From Succinivibrio sp. (lineage in GTDB: Bacteria; Pseudomonadota; Gammaproteobacteria; Enterobacterales; Succinivibrionaceae), in assembly GCA_017469335.1 (NCBI GenBank), contig JAFUGP010000151.1, positions 1,422-33,421 on the forward strand: a stretch of 32,000 bases of DNA. The letters are read 5' to 3'. The notes below the pieces were generated by a model. It saw only the letters and a program-made list of their open reading frames with translations. It made no database searches and was not told the DNA's origin. Shown in pieces: positions 7,623 to 14,501 of this stretch. A program made the position numbers and the translations under genes. Every line of letters begins with the position of its first letter. Positions within the stretch are counted from its first letter, which is position 1.

Positions 7623-8036
7623 AATGATTCCTATTCTTGTCAGGGAGAAGGTCCTTGCTGTCATTAGCCTGCAGCAGGTCCATCATCTTTTGACACGGCT
7701 AAACTTGCCCTCAGAAGAACCGCGTCTGCATGGTGCAAACCTAAGGCAGATTGCCGCGCCCGGAGGCAGTGCCGAAGGCAAATCAGCACAGCTCCGGACC
7801 TCGTGCCTCAAGTCTGATTGAGATTGTACAGGCAGCACCGGACAAAAAATCCCTTGCATCTCGCAAATACGCCACGGCCGGGAAAGTCGCCAGGCAGGCT
7901 TTGGGGCTGCCTGTCTCTTGCAAAGTGCCCCGCTCATGCCAAACGTGCACTTTGCCTGACAGCGCAAATTAAGTGCACTTATCTTCAAATCTCCCGGCAC
8001 TCTGTTTACACTTGTAGCTGTAGGGAGGCTTGGCAC

Positions 8037-8666
8037 ATGCAGACTGAGGATTATTTGCGCTTTCTCTGCCGGCAGATCCACACGGTGGTACTGGCAAGTT
8101 TGGATGAAAACCTGCTGCCGGTGACTGCAGCCGTTGATATCATGGAGGCACGCAAGGACAGCGTGTTGTTTCTGACCGCCACCGGCAAGGGTCTGTACCG
8201 CAGACTGTCTCAGCACCCTCAGGTGGCACTGACCGGTCTTAAAGGTGAGGACTCCTTGAGCACGGTGGCAATCTCGCTGCGCGGCAGGGTGCGGGAGCTG
8301 GGAGCTGACCTGATCCCGCATCTGTTCGAGCTCAATCCCTACATGGCTGAGATCTACCCCGGCGAAATCTCCCGCCAGGCTCTGACCGTCTTTGAACTCT
8401 ATGAGGGGAGCGGACAGTGGTTTGATCTCTCCAAAAAGCCCGTGGAACATCAGACGTTTGGTTTTGGCGGGATCACTGCCGTCACCTCGTGCCTCTACAC
8501 CATCACCTCCTTATGCGATGGCTGCGGCAAATGCCTGTCAGTCTGCCCGCAGCAGTGCATAGCAGGCAGCAGTCTGCCCTTTGTCATCAAGGCTCCGCAC
8601 TGTCTTAACTGCGGCAACTGTCTGAGTGTCTGCCCGAAAGGGGCGGTACAACGTCTTAGGGCGTAA
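8037..8666 (+). CDS. Pyridoxamine-5'-phosphate-oxidase-like (FMN-binding split-barrel) domain fused to a 2x[4Fe-4S] ferredoxin domain
   Basis: ATG at 8037 is preceded by GGGAGG; the ORF-track start at 7818 adds an implausible N-terminus. The N-terminal region looks like the PNPOx family (recall). The C-terminus carries two CxxCxxCxxxCP motifs, CDGCGKCLSVCP and CLNCGNCLSVCP. Confidence 0.85.
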   Translation: MQTEDYLRFLCRQIHTVVLASLDENLLPVTAAVDIMEARKDSVLFLTATGKGLYRRLSQHPQVALTGLKGEDSLSTVAISLRGRVRELGADLIPHLFELNPYMAEIYPGEISRQALTVFELYEGSGQWFDLSKKPVEHQTFGFGGITAVTSCLYTITSLCDGCGKCLSVCPQQCIAGSSLPFVIKAPHCLNCGNCLSVCPKGAVQRLRA

Positions 8667-8670
8667 AGTT

Positions 8671-9501
8671 ATGAGCGATGTCACCGCCCAGGATACCAAG
8701 GCCCTGAGTCAGGATGAACTGCTGTTGCGCCTCATCAGGCTGCTGTGCGCCGAAGATGAGCGCTATGCTGAGCTTGAGATCCCAACTTCCTTAGATGAGA
8801 GGCGCAACCTGCTGCGCGCCCTGCTCAATGTGCGCCCGCCGCGTCCTGCCGCCGCGCAGCTCATTCAATTGCAGGACAGCTACCTGCAGGAGCGCCTTAC
8901 AGAGCGCGGGGTGGTGGACGCGTTGCAACTGCCCTTACTGAGCCAGAGCATTGCCCTGTGGCAGGGTGATATCACCCGCCTTAGGGTCGGGGCCATCGTC
9001 AACGCCGCCAACGAACAGATGTTAGGCTGCTTCAGCCCGCTGCATAACTGCATCGACAACTGCATCCATACTTACGCGGGATTGCAGCTGCGCTTGGAGT
9101 GCTCGCGTCTTATGCAGAAGCTCAGAGCAAAGTTCGGATCGCAGTATGTCATGCCCACCGCCGCGCCGCTGCTGACGCCGGGCTACAATCTGCCGGCGTC
9201 CTGGATCATTCACATCACCGGCCCTATCGTCCTGGGAGCGCTCACCCCTCATTACGAGGCCCAGCTCATTGAGTGCTACCGCAACATTCTGTCGCTGTGC
9301 AGCGCACGGCGGATTTTGAGCGTCGCCATCTGCTGCATCTCCACCGGCGTGTTTCACTTCCCGCCGCAGCAGGCAGCGCAGCTGGCCGTTGCTACGGTGC
9401 AGCAGTATCTGCGCGAGCACCAGGAGATGCCCCTGAGAGTTATCTTCAACGTATTTTCCCATGAGGATTACCGCCGTTATGCCCAACTGCTTGAATCCTG
9501 A
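8671..9501 (+). CDS. Macrodomain protein (protein-ADP-ribose hydrolase type, sirtuin-linked)
   Basis: ATG at 8671 lies 4 nt after the upstream stop. The macrodomain core is IALWQGDITRLRVGAIVNAANEQMLGCF...HITGPIV, with an N-terminal helical extension as in the Staphylococcus/Streptococcus SirTM-associated macro proteins (recall). Confidence 0.88.
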   Translation: MSDVTAQDTKALSQDELLLRLIRLLCAEDERYAELEIPTSLDERRNLLRALLNVRPPRPAAAQLIQLQDSYLQERLTERGVVDALQLPLLSQSIALWQGDITRLRVGAIVNAANEQMLGCFSPLHNCIDNCIHTYAGLQLRLECSRLMQKLRAKFGSQYVMPTAAPLLTPGYNLPASWIIHITGPIVLGALTPHYEAQLIECYRNILSLCSARRILSVAICCISTGVFHFPPQQAAQLAVATVQQYLREHQEMPLRVIFNVFSHEDYRRYAQLLES

Positions 9502-10474
9502 GGACGGCTACCGCCTGAGCATACAGCTGGGTCTTAAGGCCCTGCACTCTTTAAGCGGGGAGCTGAGCTTTGCCGCCGCGCCTGCCGCAGACACCCTCCC
9601 CGCTCTCAAGACGGCACTGTCAGACTGCGAGGCCGTGGTGGTAGGTGCCGGTGCAGGACTGTCCACGGCGGCAGGATTTACCTACAGCGGGGCGCGCTTT
9701 GAGCGTTATTTCTCCGATTTCAAAGCCCGCTTTGGCATTGAGGATATATACTCAGGCGGCTTTTATCCATTCCCCAGAGCGGGGATACGCTGGGCCTGGT
9801 GGGCGCGGCATATCTACTTCAACCGCTATGTCACGGCCCCGCTGAAAGTCTACCCCACTCTTAGAGCCCTGCTTGAGGGCCGGGACTATTTTGTCATCAC
9901 CACCAATGTAGACCACCAGTTTCAGAAGTCAGGCTTTGCTAAAGAGCGGCTGTTCTACACCCAGGGAGACTATGGCCTCTTTCAGAGCGTAAACTCCTCC
10001 ATCAGGCAGACCTTTGACAATGAGGAGTGGACCATGCAGGCCATGGCCGCGCAGGGTTTTGTCAGTAACAGCCAAGGCGTTTTCGACCTGCCCGAGAACG
10101 CAGCGGTGAGCATGGAACTGCCTGAGGATATACTGCCGCGCTGCCCGCTGGACGGCAGCGAGGTGACCATGAACTTAAGGGCCGATGACAGTTTTGTGGA
10201 GGATGAGGGCTGGCAGCGGGCGTCGGCGGCCTACGCAAACTTCCTCACGGCGCATCGCCGCAGCCGGGTGCTGTATCTTGAGCTGGGTGTGGGCGCCAAT
10301 ACCCCGGTCATCATCAAATACCCTTTCTGGGCACTGACCCTGGCCAACCCCCGTGCCACCTACGCCTGCCTCAACCTCAAGGAGGCCTTTGCCCCGCAGG
10401 AGCTTGCCGCGCGCAGTATCTGTCTTGAAGGCGATGTGGCGCAAATCATCACACAGCTCACCGCATCCTCATGA
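9479..10474 (+). CDS. Class M sirtuin (SirTM-like, SIR2 family; predicted protein ADP-ribosyltransferase)
   Basis: The Rossmann NAD motif is VVVGAGAGLSTAAG and the sirtuin TTNVDHQF corresponds to TQNID. FYTQGDYG sits where deacylating sirtuins have HG. The gene overlaps the macro gene by 23 nt, or 41 nt if the start is at 9461. Confidence 0.85.
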   Translation: MPNCLNPEDGYRLSIQLGLKALHSLSGELSFAAAPAADTLPALKTALSDCEAVVVGAGAGLSTAAGFTYSGARFERYFSDFKARFGIEDIYSGGFYPFPRAGIRWAWWARHIYFNRYVTAPLKVYPTLRALLEGRDYFVITTNVDHQFQKSGFAKERLFYTQGDYGLFQSVNSSIRQTFDNEEWTMQAMAAQGFVSNSQGVFDLPENAAVSMELPEDILPRCPLDGSEVTMNLRADDSFVEDEGWQRASAAYANFLTAHRRSRVLYLELGVGANTPVIIKYPFWALTLANPRATYACLNLKEAFAPQELAARSICLEGDVAQIITQLTASS

Positions 10475-10484
10475 GGTGTCTGTC

Positions 10485-11123
10485 TCAGCATTGAGGCTTC
10501 TTGCCGATAAAGAAAAAGCCGTTGGACTTATGTCCGTTCATGGTGGTGAAAGTCAGTGTGCCGTACTTCTGCCTGCCAAAGCCACCTAAAAGCTCGGCGA
10601 TCCAGGCAGGATCATGGTGCCTGACGATGGCCCCCTCGGGCAGCTCAAAAGCCCCGTATACTCCCAGAAGCGGCGCAAACCTCTCATAGCGCTCCGTGTT
10701 GCGCGCATCGTCATTGAGCAGAAAGTCGTTGACATAGAGGATGCCGCCCGGTCTGAGCACCCGCGAGATCTCGGCTATAAGAGCCTGTTGCTCCTCATTG
10801 CGGCAGATACAGGTGAGCACGGCAAAGAGGATCACCGCGTCGGCGCTGCCATCCTCAAGCTCCAGCCTTGGCGAGCCCATCACCCGCAGATCAAGACCGG
10901 GGTACTGCCTGAGGCCGCGTTTTATCATCGCGGCAGAGAAATCAAAGCCCATAAGACGCCTAAACCCCGCCTCCTTGAGTTCCTGCAGGGTGCGGCCGTA
11001 ACCGCAGCCCACATCCACCACCAGTGCGTCTTGCGAGACGTAGCGGGCAAAGGCCTCACGCTGAAAGGGCGTGGTAAACTCCTTGTTGTTGCTTACGCTG
11101 TCCCAATAATCCTTCTGTTGCAT
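10485..11123 (-). CDS. Class I SAM-dependent methyltransferase
   Basis: Motif I is VVDVGCGYGRTL and the post-I/II region is ADAVILFAVL...LRPGGILYV. ATG at 11123 is preceded by GGGGAG (TTG at 11126 in the ORF track). Confidence 0.88.
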   Translation of the reverse strand: MQQKDYWDSVSNNKEFTTPFQREAFARYVSQDALVVDVGCGYGRTLQELKEAGFRRLMGFDFSAAMIKRGLRQYPGLDLRVMGSPRLELEDGSADAVILFAVLTCICRNEEQQALIAEISRVLRPGGILYVNDFLLNDDARNTERYERFAPLLGVYGAFELPEGAIVRHHDPAWIAELLGGFGRQKYGTLTFTTMNGHKSNGFFFIGKKPQC

Positions 11124-11272
11124 CAAGATCTCCCCATCTGGCCATAAAGCGCCTGCTTTAAGGCCTTATATCCCCAGGCTGCGCCCCAAAAAAGTGCCTG
11201 GTACTTCAACCTGCGAGGCCCGGGCAAAACCCCGTTTCATCAGGCCGCGGCCGGTTAGTCACCGCACCACTT

Positions 11273-12430
11273 CTATGAGTGCGGCGCGCTCAAAAGTAAG
11301 GTGTGCAGCTGCCGCCTGGCCTCATCCTGTCCCTCACCTAAGCTCTGCAGCGCCTGCTCCCAGCTCTCACGCAGGCGGCTTTTGACCTCCACCAGCTCAC
11401 CTAGGAGCAGCCGGCGATAGTCATTGCGCCTGGCGAACATCCCGCCCAGCAGACCGCTTACGGATAAGGAGGAAGTGAGTGTGCGCAGATAATCCTGAAA
11501 GTCATTGCGCCAGCGCGGCATGGCACTCTCCTCGCTGAGATGGCCAATCCTCTGGGGATCAAAATCAAAACGCACCTGTGCGTAACCTAAGAGCACCTGC
11601 GAGCTGATGGCATTGATTTCGTCAAGTCTCCCCGTCACCGTCTGCAACAGCCGCGCTCCCAGACGCCCGAACTCCTCATTGATCCGGGCTACCAGACGCG
11701 CCTTGAGCTCATCGCCGTAGTGGGTGAAAATCCCCAGAGCACCGGTCTGGGCGTCATAGTAATCGAGGCAGGAGCGATAGGCTGCGGCAATGCCCGCCTC
11801 ACACTCCTGACGCGATAGATACTGCAACCTCAAGATGAGATTATCCCGCAGGTTCACTCCCATCAGACGCAGCAGTTCATCGCGCCCGAAGGTCTGTGTC
11901 TGCCGTCCCGAGCGCAGAGTCTCACTCACCGAGCCGGTCCTCAAGAGCTGCACCCCCTCCCCCAGCACCTCGCGCACGGTTTTTTCCAGCGCCTCCTGCT
12001 TTTCAGGCGCGGCTTTGTCACACTTGGTAAGCACGAAAATCATGCGGCAGCCCAGATGGGAAAATGGCGTGATGATTTTATCTTTCTCGTAGTCATCCAG
12101 GCGGCTGCGGGAGGCATCCAGACAGTAGATGAGCGAGTGAAACCAGTCGGCCACCGCCTGCTGTCCATTGCGCTGCATCTCATCGTGCAGCAGTCTCTCC
12201 CAGTCCAGCGCCTGCGCGCCCTCTTCCAGTCCCCAGCTGTCATAAGGGCAGATGAGCAGGTTGCGGTAGGCAAAAGGTTCTATAGGGTGCAGGCCGTAGG
12301 AGGTCACCGGTGCCCCGGCCCCGGAGCGCACCTTATCCTTAAGGCCGTAGAGATAGTTGATGAGCGAGGACTTGCCGGCTCCGGTCTTGCCCAGCACCAG
12401 CACATTGGTACGTATCAGTGCGCCGCTCAT
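11273..12430 (-). CDS. P-loop GTPase (TRAFAC, MMR_HSR1/YfjP-like) with a ~200-aa helical C-terminal domain
   Basis: G1 is VLGKTGAGKSSL, G2 is a candidate PVTS, G3 is DSWG and G4 is TKCD. The start is the ATG at 12430 or the GTG at 12442. It follows the upstream GTPase gene by 27-39 nt. Confidence 0.85.
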   Translation of the reverse strand: MSGALIRTNVLVLGKTGAGKSSLINYLYGLKDKVRSGAGAPVTSYGLHPIEPFAYRNLLICPYDSWGLEEGAQALDWERLLHDEMQRNGQQAVADWFHSLIYCLDASRSRLDDYEKDKIITPFSHLGCRMIFVLTKCDKAAPEKQEALEKTVREVLGEGVQLLRTGSVSETLRSGRQTQTFGRDELLRLMGVNLRDNLILRLQYLSRQECEAGIAAAYRSCLDYYDAQTGALGIFTHYGDELKARLVARINEEFGRLGARLLQTVTGRLDEINAISSQVLLGYAQVRFDFDPQRIGHLSEESAMPRWRNDFQDYLRTLTSSLSVSGLLGGMFARRNDYRRLLLGELVEVKSRLRESWEQALQSLGEGQDEARRQLHTLLLSAPHS

Positions 12431-12469
12431 GAGTGCCGTCACTCAAGCCAACCCGGCAGACCGCTACCC

Positions 12470-13657
12470 TCAGGACCGGTCCTGAGGATGACGGCCGGGT
12501 TTATCATCTTTTTGGTACTCCTCAAAGAGCTGTGCCACCATGGCCTTGAAGCGCTCGCCAAAGAGCTCGTTGATGGACTGGGTCTGCCCCTGCAGCCCGC
12601 GCAGGCACAGCTGCTCGCACACACGGTTGTAGGCCGCGCCCAGGGCGTAGGTCATGGCGCTAGCCACCGAGCCGTTGATGAGCCCGCCCGTGAGCGTGCC
12701 CAGCCCGGGGATGAGCTTGGCCAGATTGCCGGCTAAGGACTTGCCCACGTTCTGAGCAATGAGATTGACCAGCACCCCGCCGGCGAGCTCCTTTAGACTC
12801 TTGAGATCCCACACATAGGAGAGCCTGGCCAGCATGCTCAGCTGCGCGGAGGTCAGCAGTGCCGCGTCGGACATGGGAATGGGGGTAAAACCCACCAGGA
12901 AGGCCCCGGCCACCGTCTGTCTGACAATGCTCTCACCTTCCGTCAATTTACGTTCGATACCGCGACGCGAGGCAGCCATGAAGGACAGACGCCTGGACTC
13001 GTCGAGCATTTCCACTGTCCAGCTGTTTAACTGCTCCAGCCCGGGATTGAGCTGCAGGCGCTCATCGGTGCTGCTCTCGAAGATAAAGCAGCGCTCCTTA
13101 CCGTCGCCCTGAGGAGGCAGCGCGGCGTGGATGGCCTCGCCAAGTTCCTTGCAGCCGTTTTCGCTGGCCTCATCGACCTGGGTCAGAACAATGGCCACCG
13201 GCTTGTGCAACCGCTCGAACATCTCCACCAGGCTGGCATCAAGCGCCGTAAAACGCGCCACCGGGGCATTCACGCAGTACCAAACCACGTCGATGGGTTC
13301 ACCCTCATCCTCAAGTCTGGTGAGCAAGGTCTTGATGTCGGCGTTGAACCGACGCTGCTTGTCCTCGCCGGTCTCATAGCCGGGGGTGTCATAGAGCCTG
13401 AGATCCCCCACCTGCAACGGGGTCACGGCCGTGGTGACAGGTCTGCCGCCGCCCACCTCGGCCACCTCCCGTCCCAGCACCAGATTGCAGAGGGAGCTTT
13501 TGCCCGCCCCGGCCGCGCCTACCACCAGAATGCTGGCCTGCCCTATTTGGGCAACGTAATCCTGGTACAAAGTGCGGTAACGCTCGGCAATCTCCGCTTC
13601 ACTATCGGCTGCCGTCGACGCCTCAAGAACATCGGGGCTCTCCTTTGTGTCACTCAT
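12470..13657 (-). CDS. P-loop GTPase fused to a Gly-rich hydrophobic C-terminal module (DUF697-like)
   Basis: G1 is VGAAGAGKSSL, G2 is PVTT, G3 is DTPG and G4 is TQVD. The C-terminus reads FLVGFTPIPMSDAALL...LAGNLAKLIPGLGTLTGGLINGSVASAMTYALGAAYNRV. The DUF697 label is from recall. Confidence 0.85.
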   Translation of the reverse strand: MSDTKESPDVLEASTAADSEAEIAERYRTLYQDYVAQIGQASILVVGAAGAGKSSLCNLVLGREVAEVGGGRPVTTAVTPLQVGDLRLYDTPGYETGEDKQRRFNADIKTLLTRLEDEGEPIDVVWYCVNAPVARFTALDASLVEMFERLHKPVAIVLTQVDEASENGCKELGEAIHAALPPQGDGKERCFIFESSTDERLQLNPGLEQLNSWTVEMLDESRRLSFMAASRRGIERKLTEGESIVRQTVAGAFLVGFTPIPMSDAALLTSAQLSMLARLSYVWDLKSLKELAGGVLVNLIAQNVGKSLAGNLAKLIPGLGTLTGGLINGSVASAMTYALGAAYNRVCEQLCLRGLQGQTQSINELFGERFKAMVAQLFEEYQKDDKPGRHPQDRS

Positions 13658-13708
13658 AAAGACCTCGTTTTTTCATCAAAATCAGAAGATTTACCGCCTT
13701 TGCTGCGG

Positions 13709-14458
13709 TCAATTTGCACTTGGGTTCTCTGCTGTGGTGTGTTTTAGGCGCATAAAGGCTATCTGGACTACGCAGGGCAGAGTCACCCGGTAGGCAGGAC
13801 CTGCCAGATCATAGGCCGTCCACAACCCCGTCAGCGCCCAGCCCAGGGGACCGGCAAAGACCCCTAAGGCCCGCGACAAAGCGGCATTGCCGGCTAAGGT
13901 TAACCCCGAGCCCAACAGCATTCTGGACAAGGTATTGGCCACCAGGGACGCCGCCTGCAGCGCCAAGGCGCTGTTGAGCCTTACGCCCAACTGCAAAGCT
14001 GCGGTTACCGCCTGCGCTGTGACGGCGCAGTTTTGGAGGTTCAATGAGGAGATGAGCTCTTTTAGATCCTGCTCATCCATTTTCTCCACCGCCGCGATCA
14101 AAAGGCTCTCGAGCAGCCGCCGCTCCAGCACCGGTACACTCTCGTCATCTTCATGTTTGACCTTGGCCTTATCCAGCACGTCGCGGACTATTTCAGCATA
14201 CAGCACCCCGCCGCCGCGCCACAGGTTCATCAGGGAATGTCCGCCGAAACACTGCAGTTCCTCGGCCAGACGCTGCCAGTAGCGGCTGTGCTCACCAGGG
14301 CAGTTTTTATACTCATCACTGGAGGTAAGGGTCTGGGTGAGACGTTCACGGCGCTCCTCCCCGGAGCCGTCATAGACCAGATAGCCAAACAAAGGCTCCA
14401 GCTCAGCGTCACTTAGGGTGCCCAGAAAGGCCAGATCAGGATCCTCGCGATAGCTCAT
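13709..14458 (-). CDS. yaaW: YaaW-like protein (UPF0174 / DUF3944 family)
   Basis: EDPDLAFL...SRYWQRLAEELQCFGGHSLMNLWRGGGVLYAEIVRDVLDKAKVK...AGPAYRVTLPCVVQIAFMRL parallels my recollection of E. coli YaaW (RRNWQLIAGELQHFGGDSIANKLRGHGKLYRAILLDV...AYRVTIPAVLQIACLRR). Confidence 0.8.
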   Translation of the reverse strand: MSYREDPDLAFLGTLSDAELEPLFGYLVYDGSGEERRERLTQTLTSSDEYKNCPGEHSRYWQRLAEELQCFGGHSLMNLWRGGGVLYAEIVRDVLDKAKVKHEDDESVPVLERRLLESLLIAAVEKMDEQDLKELISSLNLQNCAVTAQAVTAALQLGVRLNSALALQAASLVANTLSRMLLGSGLTLAGNAALSRALGVFAGPLGWALTGLWTAYDLAGPAYRVTLPCVVQIAFMRLKHTTAENPSAN

Positions 14459-14501
14459 GCGCGCTTACTCTCCGACCTGAAGCTGTTCTGACGTTAACCT
14501 G

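Noticed and set aside
6513-7664. Calling this the housekeeping division gene ftsZ of a dcw cluster
   Set aside because: There are no ftsQ, ftsA or lpxC neighbours, and the protein lacks the C-terminal linker and tail peptide. I kept the ftsZ family label but flagged it as a likely paralogue. Only the whole genome can settle this.
7683-8450. 255-aa minus-strand ORF, and the long N-terminal extension of the + ORF starting at 7818
   Set aside because: The minus ORF is antisense to the well-supported PNPOx-like/ferredoxin CDS and has no recognisable features. The + gene has a much better start at 8037 (ATG with GGGAGG), and the extension is Cys/Arg-rich nonsense.
11273-13657. Equating the two GTPases with the Eleos (LeoA/LeoBC) or DynA dynamin-like defence/membrane systems
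   Set aside because: The proteins are only ~390 aa and I see no dynamin stalk or paddle architecture. The parallel is organisational only, so it is reported as an analogy and not as an identification.
12056-13747. 226-aa and 206-aa + strand ORFs overlapping the two GTPase genes
   Set aside because: They are antisense to CDSs with full G1/G3/G4 motifs. Their composition (Gly/Ala/His/Arg/Gln runs) indicates GC-rich shadow ORFs.
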